This document shows, in pieces, positions 1-8,236 of a stretch of DNA of 64,000 nucleotides. Below the pieces are notes generated by a model. The model was not told where the DNA came from. It saw nothing but the letters and a program-made list of their open reading frames with translations, and made no database searches. This stretch comes from an uncultured Traorella sp. (GTDB lineage Bacteria; Bacillota_I; Bacilli_A; Erysipelotrichales; Erysipelotrichaceae): contig CALUVS010000002.1 in assembly GCA_944324265.1 (NCBI GenBank), positions 6,250-70,249 on the forward strand, in the 5' to 3' direction. The number at the start of each line of letters is the position of its first letter. Position 1 is the stretch's first letter. A program made the position numbers and the translations under genes.

Positions 1-1574
1 AGCCGATGGATCGCTTATTGTGCGGTGATGTCGGCTTTGGCAAAACTGAAGTAGCTGTGCGTGCTGCCTTCAAAGCAGTTATGGACAATAAGCAAGTAGC
101 TTTCCTATGCCCGACAACGATTCTTTCGCAGCAGCATACCAAAGTATTTAACCAGCGATTTAGAAATTATGCAGTGCGTATAGAAGTACTCAATCGATTT
201 GTATCGGCGGCGCAGCAAAAAGTCATCCTGCGTGATTTAAAAGAAGGAAAAGTAGATATTTTGATCGGAACTCATCGTATTTTATCCAATGATGTGGTAT
301 TCAAGGATTTGGGATTGCTGGTCATTGACGAGGAACAGCGTTTTGGGGTTCAGCACAAGGAAAAGATCAAAGAATTAAAGACAAGTATTGATGTTCTTTC
401 TTTATCTGCGACACCAATTCCAAGAACTCTGCAGATGTCATTGATCGGTATTCGTTCTTTGTCTCAATTGGAAACACCGCCGCTGAATCGTCAAAGTGTT
501 CAGACCTATGTACTTGAAAAAAATGATAAGATGATCGAAGAAATCATTCAGCGAGAATTATCCCGTGACGGACAGGTTTTCTATGTTTATAACAATGTTA
601 AAAATATTTATGCGGTAGCTACGAAACTGAGAACGCATCTGGATATTGAAGTAGGTGTTGTTCATGGACAGATGGATAAAGATGACATCGAAGATGTGAT
701 GATGCGCTTTATCCGCAATGAATTTTCCGTGCTGGTCTGCACAACAATCATTGAAACAGGGATTGATATTCCGAATGCCAATACGATCATTATTGATGAT
801 GCGGATCATTTTGGCTTATCGCAGCTTTATCAGATCAAAGGACGTGTGGGCCGAAGTTCCCGTCTGGCTTATGCTTACCTATTCTATCAGCCGCAGAAAC
901 AATTAAGTGAAGTCGCTGCCAAACGATTGAAATCCATCAAAGAATTTGCTCAACTGGGAAGCGGTTATAAGATTGCGATGCGAGATCTGACGATCCGCGG
1001 GGCGGGAGATATGCTGGGGCCTCAGCAGGCAGGCTTTATTGATACGGTCGGTATTGATATGTATTTGGAAATGTTAAATGATGCCATCAAGAAAGAAAAA
1101 GGTATTCAGACAGAAGCACCAAAACAAATGATCAAGACCAATGTCAGTGTCGATGCTTATATTCCGGCTTCATTCAGTGAAGAGGATTATGAAAAGATTA
1201 CCTTCTATCAGTCCATTGATCGTGTTAGCACCAAAGAAGAATTGCTGGCCTTGATGGACGAAACGCAGGATAATTACGGACGATTGCCAAAATCAGTTCA
1301 GCTGCTGTTTGAAAAGAAACGATTGGATATTTTGGTCAATGAACCAAGTGTAGAATCATTCAAGGAATATGAAAAAGAAGCAGAATTGTATTTTACACCG
1401 CAGTATTCTGATTCTTTGGATGGAGTCAAGTTATTTGAAATTATGACATCTTTATCAAGAGATATTATCATGCGTTATACCAATGGCAAAATACGCATTC
1501 GTATTCCAAAAAATAAAGATTGGCTGAAAAAGATCATTGAAGTGATCGAAAGAAGCAAAGAAGCTCAGCGATAA
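1..1574 (+). CDS. mfd: Transcription-repair coupling factor Mfd, C-terminal ~520 aa (5' end outside window)
   Basis: Frame open to the window edge. SF2 helicase motifs GDVGFGKTEVA, LVIDEEQRFG, SATPIPRT, QIKGRVGRS plus a TRCF C-terminal region. Followed by spoVT, as in Bacillus. Confidence 0.93.
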   Translation, partial: PMDRLLCGDVGFGKTEVAVRAAFKAVMDNKQVAFLCPTTILSQQHTKVFNQRFRNYAVRIEVLNRFVSAAQQKVILRDLKEGKVDILIGTHRILSNDVVFKDLGLLVIDEEQRFGVQHKEKIKELKTSIDVLSLSATPIPRTLQMSLIGIRSLSQLETPPLNRQSVQTYVLEKNDKMIEEIIQRELSRDGQVFYVYNNVKNIYAVATKLRTHLDIEVGVVHGQMDKDDIEDVMMRFIRNEFSVLVCTTIIETGIDIPNANTIIIDDADHFGLSQLYQIKGRVGRSSRLAYAYLFYQPQKQLSEVAAKRLKSIKEFAQLGSGYKIAMRDLTIRGAGDMLGPQQAGFIDTVGIDMYLEMLNDAIKKEKGIQTEAPKQMIKTNVSVDAYIPASFSEEDYEKITFYQSIDRVSTKEELLALMDETQDNYGRLPKSVQLLFEKKRLDILVNEPSVESFKEYEKEAELYFTPQYSDSLDGVKLFEIMTSLSRDIIMRYTNGKIRIRIPKNKDWLKKIIEVIERSKEAQR

Positions 1575-1585
1575 TATAGATAAAT

Positions 1586-1614
1586 AAAAGGGAGTGAATA
1601 GTCACTCCTTTTTG
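1586..1614. terminator. Rho-independent terminator after mfd (bidirectional shape)
   Basis: AAAAGGGAGTGA / TCACTCCTTTTT stem with ATAG loop. A-run upstream and T-run downstream. Confidence 0.75.
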
Positions 1615-1624
1615 CTGTAAGTAT

Positions 1625-1873
1625 TCATTCATTTTCAGGGAATATTTTCTTATTGAATATATAGAACAATACAGTGATGAGGTAAATGATAATTTGCTGC
1701 CAAGCTAATTTCATAAGCACTAATTCATATAAATATGCGATTATATAACAAAATGCAATCATATGCATCAAAGGATTTAAATACTTATAAACTGCTTTAT
1801 TTTTCAATTGATTTCTGAATGAAAAATAAGCGAATATGATAGAACTTTGACTGATAATATGTATCATATACAT
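1625..1873 (-). CDS. Hypothetical small hydrophobic/membrane protein
   Basis: 82-aa ORF rich in I/L/F/Y. No family recognised. Preceded by an overlapping 26-aa ORF (1864-1944) that has a GGGGG RBS. Confidence 0.35.
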   Translation of the reverse strand: MYMIHIISQSSIIFAYFSFRNQLKNKAVYKYLNPLMHMIAFCYIIAYLYELVLMKLAWQQIIIYLITVLFYIFNKKIFPENE

Positions 1874-2140
1874 TCCTCAGCAAGAACATATGGTTTTATT
1901 TGTAATCGCATTAGTAAATATCTATTAATTAATATTTTCTTCATTTATTTCATCCCCCTTAAAAGTATTTGCTTGATATTTTAAATATCGCAAATAATTT
2001 TCAGTATCACCTTATCTTTAAATATACTATATCATAATGGAGTCTTTTTATAAATGAAGTCTATGATAGAACGATGCAGAAAAATAAAAATGTCTGACTT
2101 AATTTCTCAAGCAGACGTTTTTTACACTATATGAATACAT

Positions 2141-3022
2141 TTAATCTTCGACATGCTTATGGCAAAGATGAATTAATTCCAGAAGTGTTTTTGTTAAGTA
2201 TTTTTGTTTATGCCAAATGATATAGTTTTTGCGCTGAAAAGATTCATTTTCAATTTTTTTTGTCGTGATTTCATTCTTTTTGAGAGCTTGTGAAATCAGT
2301 CTTTCAGGCAAAATGGAGATACCGATTTGTTTGGATACGCCTTTGATCAAGGCTTGGGTGCTGGCACTTTCCCATATTGGATCTAAGTGCAGTCCATGTG
2401 AAGCGAACACATTATCCAAATAAGAACGTCCGGCACTTCCCTGTTCACGCAGCAAGAAAGGATAGATCATCAGATCTTCGATCATTATTTTTTCTTTGTC
2501 CATCAGCGGGTGATGAATCGGCAAGATTAAACATAAACAGTCTTCAGTCAGCAATTCCATCGATAAGTAATCCGAAGTAGGTGTTTCTTCAACCAAAGCA
2601 AGATCTAATTCATTATCTAAGATTTCTTGCTGGATCTTGGCACTGTTTAAAATATGCACTCGAATGGTGATATTGGGATGAGATTTTTTAAATTCGCTGA
2701 CCAGTGTAGGCAATACAAAATTTCCTAAGGTGATGGTTGCACCGATACGGACATTGCTTTTTTCATTGGAACCATCGATTTCCTTTTCCATGGAATCATA
2801 TAACTCCAGGATAGCTAATGCACGGGAGTAAAGATTGATGCTGCTGTCAGTCTTATATAAGCGATGATTCATACGTTCAAATAAGCGGATACCATAATAC
2901 TTTTCTAATTCTTGAATTGCACGGCTGACAGCCGGCTGAGTCATATGCAGTATTTCAGCAGCTCGTGTAATATTCATCTGCTGAAAGACTACGACAAATA
3001 TCTGCAGATGTTTGATAGACAT
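2141..3022 (-). CDS. LysR-family transcriptional regulator
   Basis: N-terminal HTH (NITRAAEILHMTQPAVSRAIQELE) plus a LysR substrate-binding domain. AGGAG RBS. Divergent from the chromate-transporter genes. Confidence 0.9.
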   Translation of the reverse strand: MSIKHLQIFVVVFQQMNITRAAEILHMTQPAVSRAIQELEKYYGIRLFERMNHRLYKTDSSINLYSRALAILELYDSMEKEIDGSNEKSNVRIGATITLGNFVLPTLVSEFKKSHPNITIRVHILNSAKIQQEILDNELDLALVEETPTSDYLSMELLTEDCLCLILPIHHPLMDKEKIMIEDLMIYPFLLREQGSAGRSYLDNVFASHGLHLDPIWESASTQALIKGVSKQIGISILPERLISQALKKNEITTKKIENESFQRKNYIIWHKQKYLTKTLLELIHLCHKHVED

Positions 3023-3036
3023 AGCTTTCTCCTTAT

Positions 3037-3053
3037 ATCAAATTTGGTATGAT
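3037..3053. promoter_or_regulatory. Candidate LysR box (ATCA-N9-TGAT, contains T-N11-A)
   Basis: Interrupted dyad ATCAAATTTGGTATGAT in the divergent LysR/chrA intergenic region. Confidence 0.35.
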
Positions 3054-3121
3054 TTCAATAAAATAATAGCATTTTACATATGGTTAATCAAGTGCTATTC
3101 TCTAGCCGAAGGAGGGTACAT

Positions 3122-3691
3122 ATGAAAAAAAGTAAAAATAAGTTAGTGCAATTATTTTTTGCCAATTTATATATTTCTGCCTTTACTTTTGGGGGCGGAT
3201 TTGTCATTATCACATTCATGAAACGTAAATTTGTTGATGAACTGCATTGGATTGAAGAAAATGAAATGCTGGATCTGGCTGCTTTGGCACAATCCTCTCC
3301 AGGGGCTATCGCTGTCAATACATCTATCTTAGTAGGCTGGAAGATTGGAGGATTTTTGGGGATGGCTGTATCCGTGCTAGGAACAATTCTGCCGCCGATG
3401 ATCATCATCTCTATTATTTCATTTTTCTATGCTGCATTTGCAAGCAATGTGTATGTCGCAATTGTTTTAAAAAGTATGCAGGCAGGAGTGGCGGCAGTCA
3501 TCTTAGATGTAGTATGTGATTTAGGCAGTGATGTTCTTAAGAAAAAAAATACAGTACATATCATTATGATGGCAGCTGCATTTATTGCAACCTTTGTCTT
3601 TGATATCAATGTGATTTACATTATTTTATTTGCTGCTCTTATTGGTTTGATTCAAGGAGTATGGCGTCAGAATCGAGGTGTTTGGCAATGA
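3122..3691 (+). CDS. Chromate transporter (CHR) family protein, short-chain half 1
   Basis: FTFGGGFVIITFMKRKFVDE...WIEENEMLDLAALAQSSPGAIAVN is typical of the CHR family. GGAGGG RBS before ATG 3122. TGA stop overlaps the next start. Confidence 0.85.
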   Translation: MKKSKNKLVQLFFANLYISAFTFGGGFVIITFMKRKFVDELHWIEENEMLDLAALAQSSPGAIAVNTSILVGWKIGGFLGMAVSVLGTILPPMIIISIISFFYAAFASNVYVAIVLKSMQAGVAAVILDVVCDLGSDVLKKKNTVHIIMMAAAFIATFVFDINVIYIILFAALIGLIQGVWRQNRGVWQ

Positions 3692-4254
3692 GTATTCTGC
3701 TACAATTATTTTTGAGTTTTGTCCAAATCGGTTTATTCAGTATCGGCGGAGGCTATGCTGCTATGCCGCTGATTCAAAGTGAAGTCGTAGCAAATCATGC
3801 TTGGCTGACAATGAGTGAATTTACTGATTTGATCACCATTGCCGAAATGACACCGGGACCTATTGCCATTAATTCAGCAACCTTTGTCGGTATTCGAATT
3901 GCCGGTCTTCCGGGAGCAATCATTGCAACATTTGGTGTTATCTTACCCTCTTTATTTATCGTATCCCTGTTAGCTTATATCTATTATAAATATAAAAATG
4001 TATCCTTATTGCAGAACATTCTCTCTAGCTTGCGTCCTGCTGTTGTAGCGCTGATTGCCGGTGCAGGCTTATCCATTCTTCAAGTGGTTGTCTTTGGAGA
4101 AGGAGCTGTTCATTTCAATAATGTTGAGTGGATCGGAACAGCTTTATTCATTGCAGCGTTTATCGTACTGAGAACGAAACATACTAATCCTATATTGGTC
4201 ATGAGTATGTGCGGGGCTGCAGGTTTGATTCTCAATCTGATCATAGGAATTTAA
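3688..4254 (+). CDS. Chromate transporter (CHR) family protein, short-chain half 2
   Basis: FSIGGGYAAMPLIQSEVV...EFTDLITIAEMTPGPIAINSATF. ATGA overlap with half 1, the usual paired short-CHR arrangement. Confidence 0.85.
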   Translation: MSILLQLFLSFVQIGLFSIGGGYAAMPLIQSEVVANHAWLTMSEFTDLITIAEMTPGPIAINSATFVGIRIAGLPGAIIATFGVILPSLFIVSLLAYIYYKYKNVSLLQNILSSLRPAVVALIAGAGLSILQVVVFGEGAVHFNNVEWIGTALFIAAFIVLRTKHTNPILVMSMCGAAGLILNLIIGI

Positions 4255-4257
4255 AAG

Positions 4258-4281
4258 AAACTGCCATAACGGCAGTTTTTT
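4258..4281 (+). terminator. Rho-independent terminator
   Basis: AAACTGCC-ATAAC-GGCAGTTT followed by a T-run. Confidence 0.75.
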
Positions 4282-4330
4282 GAATAAACAAAACATTTTT
4301 GTCAATAATACAACTGCAGGGAGTGAAGAT

Positions 4331-4819
4331 ATGAAAACAACAGGAATTATACGCAGATTGGATGATTTGGGAAGACTTGTCATCCCAAAAGAAATACGTA
4401 AGCAGTATCGTTTAACTGAGGGAGATTCAATTGAATTCTTTATTGAAAATGAAAGAATTGTTTTGCAGAAGTATGATTCATTAAGTCCAAAAGAAAATGA
4501 TTTATTAGATATATGTGAAGCAATGAAAGAAGTATATCATACACCGATTTATTTCATTCAAAATGAAATTGTCGGATATAAACAAAAACCGGCAAAAGGC
4601 ATTTTAAATAAATGCTGTGTGTATCGAGAAACCTCCTTTATGAATGAAAAGATCTTTGAAATAGATAAGCAAGGTGTGAATGGTAAGTTCTTGCCATTAG
4701 TCATTGAAGGCTATTGGCAGGGCAGTTTTATTATTGTAGAGAATTCTAATATGAAAACGACAGATATGAAAATTGCAGAAGCATTCATTCATTTTTTATC
4801 AAGAAAATACCATATTTAA
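4331..4819 (+). CDS. spoVT: Stage V sporulation regulator SpoVT-like (AbrB/SpoVT N-domain plus C-terminal GAF-like domain)
   Basis: MKTTGIIRRLDDLGRLVIPKEIRKQYRL.EGD matches the SpoVT/AbrB swapped-hairpin domain. Length is about 160 aa. Lies directly after mfd, as in B. subtilis. GGGAGTG RBS. Confidence 0.8.
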   Translation: MKTTGIIRRLDDLGRLVIPKEIRKQYRLTEGDSIEFFIENERIVLQKYDSLSPKENDLLDICEAMKEVYHTPIYFIQNEIVGYKQKPAKGILNKCCVYRETSFMNEKIFEIDKQGVNGKFLPLVIEGYWQGSFIIVENSNMKTTDMKIAEAFIHFLSRKYHI

Positions 4820-4873
4820 TATTTCTCTGTTCAATCATCAAGAAACATGTTAAAATAGATGTGAGGTGTTTCT

Positions 4874-5164
4874 ATGCGATTAGACAAGTATCTAAAAGTA
4901 GCTCGCATTTCTAAGCGAAGAGCTGTCGGAAAGGAGCTTGCAGACAATGATCGTGTTCTGATCAATGGACGTAAAGCGAAGCCAAGCAGTGAAGTAAAAG
5001 AAGGAGATTTAGTTACTATTTTCTTTGGTCAAAGAGAACTAACGATTCGAGTTCTGAAACTAGCGAAGCAAGTGAGCAAGTCAGATGCAGCCTTAATGTT
5101 TGAAATTATCGAAGAAAAAGTCAAAAATGAAGATAATTTTGAAGAAAGTGAAAGAAACATCTAA
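4874..5164 (+). CDS. yabO: S4-domain RNA-binding protein (YabO-like)
   Basis: MRLDKYLKVARISKRRAVGKELADNDRVLINGRKAKPS is an S4 domain. Syntenic with the Bacillus mfd-spoVT...yabO region. Confidence 0.8.
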   Translation: MRLDKYLKVARISKRRAVGKELADNDRVLINGRKAKPSSEVKEGDLVTIFFGQRELTIRVLKLAKQVSKSDAALMFEIIEEKVKNEDNFEESERNI

Positions 5165-5182
5165 AAATTGCAATTAATGGGG

Positions 5183-5210
5183 TTACATTTTTCAACATTT
5201 GTTGTATAAT
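5183..5210 (+). promoter_or_regulatory. Candidate sigma-A promoter (TTACAT-16-TATAAT)
   Basis: TTACAT at 5183-5188 and TATAAT at 5205-5210, with TG just upstream. No ORF follows. Confidence 0.35.
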
Positions 5211-5216
5211 GATAAT

Positions 5217-5352
5217 GACAAAGTTAATGTAACTATTAATTTGTTCGATATAACAATAGATTAACAGAAAACCATTTTTCTCTTCCCCTTAAATATAAAC
5301 ATCTAGCGTTATATTATTAACTAAAGAATCAATCGAAAGATTGATTTTTTTA
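5217..5352 (+). ncRNA. Candidate small RNA (orphan promoter-to-terminator unit, ~135 nt)
   Basis: No ORF longer than 7 codons between the promoter and the terminator GAATCAATC-GAAA-GATTGATT + T7 (5327-5352). Single C-rich stretch CTCTTCCCCTT at 5281-5291. Confidence 0.3.
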
Positions 5353-5380
5353 TTTTATAAATAAGTATCAATTGCCTATA

Positions 5381-5409
5381 AAAAAGATTCAGATCAATAA
5401 CCTGAATCG
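5381..5409 (-). terminator. Rho-independent terminator of the GyrI-like gene
   Basis: GATTCAG/CTGAATC stem followed, on the minus strand, by a U6 run. Confidence 0.65.
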
Positions 5410-5416
5410 AAGTAAA

Positions 5417-5914
5417 TTATATTTTCTTTTTAACCGGAATCCAAATCTCACTGTAAGCAATATTTTGTTTTTCGTGATTCATTTTCGTGAATGAGAAGGA
5501 AAGTGATTCAGCCAGTTCATAGTCACAAGAAGACAGCCATTCTGCATAAATCTGAGCCATTGTATTTTGATATGTTTCCGGGAAAGGACCTTCATTGGGA
5601 AAAACTGCCCAAGTACAAGCAGGCATCTTTTTTACTTGTAATTGATCGCTGATATTTTCTGAAGTAGTTAAGATACCGATCATATGTGTCAGTTCCCCTT
5701 CTTCTTTCATAAATTGCGTATCTGATTCATATGAGATATTGAGAATTTCATAAGGTTCAAGATTCTGCAATTGATGCATTTCATCTTTTTGCTTTTGAGT
5801 AATACTTTCTGCTAATTGTACAATCGCATTATTTACACCAACAAACTGCAAAGGAACACGTTTGCTTACACCTGCAAAAGAAAATGCCGGCATTTCAATA
5901 ATTGTATATTCCAT
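5417..5914 (-). CDS. GyrI-like small-molecule-binding domain protein (AraC effector-binding fold)
   Basis: MEYTIIEMPAFSFAGVSKRV...WAVFPNEGPFPE...YAEWL...YSEIWIPV pattern of the GyrI-like/SOUL family. GGAGGA RBS favours the ATG at 5914. Confidence 0.8.
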   Translation of the reverse strand: MEYTIIEMPAFSFAGVSKRVPLQFVGVNNAIVQLAESITQKQKDEMHQLQNLEPYEILNISYESDTQFMKEEGELTHMIGILTTSENISDQLQVKKMPACTWAVFPNEGPFPETYQNTMAQIYAEWLSSCDYELAESLSFSFTKMNHEKQNIAYSEIWIPVKKKI

Positions 5915-5973
5915 CATATTTCCTCCAATTATGATCCACATTAAGCATATCATATTTCCATTATGCTGAACAT

Positions 5974-6003
5974 AAAAAATGGCGGTTCTTGCAAACCGCC
6001 TTT
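5974..6003 (-). terminator. Rho-independent terminator of the AKR-RibD_C-cupin operon
   Basis: GGCGGTT-CTTGCA-AACCGCC with a U6 run on the minus strand. Confidence 0.7.
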
Positions 6004-6086
6004 ATAACAAACAGTCTAATAATAGAGGGTAAGTATTTGGGAGTAAAAAAGATCAGACTGTTTGTTTTTGAGAGTATTAAAATCAA

Positions 6087-6491
6087 TTAATCAAGTTTTG
6101 CGTATTCTTCATCAGAGACTGCTTCCAGCCATTCATTGGAAGCTCCTTCTGCAGGAACTTCAATAGCAATATGAGCAAACCAGCTGTCTTTTGCGGCACC
6201 ATGCCAATGTTTTACTTCAGCTGGAATACTTACTACATCACCTGGATGCAATTCACGAGCTGGCTGACCCCATTCCTGATAATAACCGCGTCCGGCAGTA
6301 ACTAATAGAATCTGACCGCCTTTGTGATGAATGTGCCAATTATTGCGGCATCCTGGTTCAAATGTAACATTGGCTGCACCGACACCGCCCTGTTTCGCTA
6401 GCAGAGCCAAATAACTTTGCCCAATAAAATACTGTGCATAAGCGTCATTTTTTTCACCGATTGGGAAAATACTGATTTTATCTAATTCCAT
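6087..6491 (-). CDS. Cupin-domain protein
   Basis: NVTFEPGCRNNWHIHHKGGQILLVTAGRGYYQEWG...HWHGA cupin motifs. AAGGAGG RBS before ATG 6491. Confidence 0.85.
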   Translation of the reverse strand: MELDKISIFPIGEKNDAYAQYFIGQSYLALLAKQGGVGAANVTFEPGCRNNWHIHHKGGQILLVTAGRGYYQEWGQPARELHPGDVVSIPAEVKHWHGAAKDSWFAHIAIEVPAEGASNEWLEAVSDEEYAKLD

Positions 6492-6505
6492 ATAAAGTTC
6501 CTCCT

Positions 6506-7231
6506 TCATATTGATTTTACAAGATAACGCAGCCAAAGTGTGCCCTTATCTTTAATTTCAGCGTTTTGCAATTCAAAGCTTACAGGTCTGTCATCAGATA
6601 AACCTTCTTTTGTATCAAATAAAGAAGGCGTTTCTGATGAACCATCGGCTGCAGGTGCAATCACAACACTGACTTCATCACACATGCCTGCTTGTATAAA
6701 AGACCAGTTCAAAACACCTCCGCCTCCAAGCATCAGTGTTTCAATGCCAAATAAGTTTTTCAGTTTATCCAAAGCTATTTCATAGTTCAATGAATCTTTG
6801 CCAGCAATAATATAGGAAATGCCTAGTTTTCTCAAGAAAGCTTTATAAGAATTGCTGGCTTTATCTGTCAGAACTTCTAAAACATGAGCATGTGTATCTT
6901 CATAGATCAAATCACAGCTTTTCCATCCTAATTTGCCTGAAGGATCGACAGAGACATAATACATGGATTCATTGGGCTTAGCGATAAAGTCTCCCTCCGG
7001 AACAAGTTCTGCGTTCTCATCTAAGATAGGTTTTTCATAGAAAGTGAAATTATCATCGGTAGTCACACGTCCGGAAAGTCATCCCTGATGTTTGTAGTAA
7101 GGGTTTTTGCCGAAAGCAATGTCATAGAATACTTCTCCGGCTGCTTCTCCTTCAGGTGTATCCATGTAATTTCCCATGATCTTCCCATCAAGAGATGTCA
7201 GCATATGACAAAAGATATAAGGACGATTCAT
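6506..7231 (-). pseudogene. RibD C-terminal domain (DHFR-like reductase) family gene interrupted by one in-frame TGA
   Basis: ATG 7229-7231 (AGGAG RBS) gives MNRPYIFCHMLTSLDGKIMG...YYKHQG-TGA(7079-7081)-LSGRVTTDDNF... The frame continues to the stop at 6506. The stop sits where this family has Trp (GWLSGRVT). Confidence 0.8.
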
Positions 7232-7240
7232 AGAACGCTC

Positions 7241-8110
7241 CTATTTACCGCTGAATACTGGGAAGACACTGAATTCACCATAGTTTTCAATTGGCTTCAT
7301 GTTTTTCAATGTTTCCATATCTTCATCACTGATCATAAAGTTTACAGCAGCATTTTCTTCCATGTGCTGTGGATTTGCGGTCTTAGGCAAAGGCAATGTA
7401 TTTAACTGTAAAGTATAGCGAATGCATAACTGAGGAACAGTTACATGATATTTTTCAGCCATAGACGCAACTTCAGGATTCTTCAGAATTTCACCATGAG
7501 CAATTGGTGAATAGGCTTCCACCAAAATATCGTTTTTCTGGCAATACTCAATCAAATCAGATGGTGTATTGGATACATGCACCAATAACTGATTGACCAT
7601 AGGCTTTACAGTGCAGGATGATAAAATGTTTTCAATATCTTCTTGTTTGAAGTTAGAAATACCGATGGAACGTAGTTTACTTGCTTTATAAGCGTCTTCT
7701 AATGCACGCCATGCTTCACGGTTTCCTTCAAAATAATCATCACCGCGGAAATCATCCCATGGCTGAGGACTGTGAATTAACATCAAGTCAATATAATCCA
7801 AGCCCATCTTCTGGATAGATTCATCAATAGCTTTAACTGCTTCATCATAGCTTTTGATTTCAGCCGCAAGTTTTGTCGTGACAAACAATTCACTGCGAGG
7901 AATACCGCATGTACGGATGCCTTCCCCAACTCCGTGTTCGTTGCCGTAAGCCTGAGCTGTATCAATATGACGATAACCGATCTTTACCGCATCACAGACA
8001 GCTTGTGCCACCTGATCATCCGGAATAAACCAAGTACCTAAACCTAGTTTAGGAATTTTCACTTCATTGGATAAAGTATAAACTTCATCAAAAATGTTCA
8101 TATTGTCCAT
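7241..8110 (-). CDS. Aldo/keto reductase (2,5-diketo-D-gluconate reductase-like)
   Basis: LGLGTW...GYRHIDTAQAYGNE...LIHSP...SNF motifs. AGGAGG RBS. Confidence 0.92.
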   Translation of the reverse strand: MDNMNIFDEVYTLSNEVKIPKLGLGTWFIPDDQVAQAVCDAVKIGYRHIDTAQAYGNEHGVGEGIRTCGIPRSELFVTTKLAAEIKSYDEAVKAIDESIQKMGLDYIDLMLIHSPQPWDDFRGDDYFEGNREAWRALEDAYKASKLRSIGISNFKQEDIENILSSCTVKPMVNQLLVHVSNTPSDLIEYCQKNDILVEAYSPIAHGEILKNPEVASMAEKYHVTVPQLCIRYTLQLNTLPLPKTANPQHMEENAAVNFMISDEDMETLKNMKPIENYGEFSVFPVFSGK

Positions 8111-8174
8111 TTCTATACCTCCTATTGACGTAACAAAATTGATTTGTTAGAATTCCTATTGGAAGTTCGTTTAC

Positions 8175-8205
8175 ATCATACAACTTAAAGTTAACTTTAA
8201 GTCAA
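8175..8205 (-). promoter_or_regulatory. MerR-type promoter (TTGACT-19 bp-TATGAT) with a perfect 20-bp palindromic operator
   Basis: On the minus strand, -35 is at 8200-8205 and -10 at 8175-8180, with a 19-nt spacer. The palindrome ACTTAAAGTTAACTTTAAGT (8183-8202) fills the spacer. Confidence 0.7.
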
Positions 8206-8236
8206 TAAGAAAATAATATTAAAGGAGGATTTTTTT

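Noticed and set aside
6006-6066. A perfect 12-bp long-range stem, AACAAACAGTCT / AGACTGTTTGTT, with a 37-nt loop between the cupin stop and the operon terminator.
   Set aside because: It is real in the sequence but has no ORF, promoter or recognisable motif. It most likely forms part of a tandem 3' UTR/terminator structure and is not enough to call an element.
7079-7081. The in-frame TGA (plus TAG at 21739 and TAA at 21694) as evidence for stop-codon reassignment (e.g. genetic code 4, UGA=Trp).
   Set aside because: TGA is used as a genuine terminator by several well-supported genes here (3689-3691, 32663-32665, 34705-34707). The three internal stops are of three different types. Pseudogenisation, sequencing error or occasional read-through is the simpler explanation.
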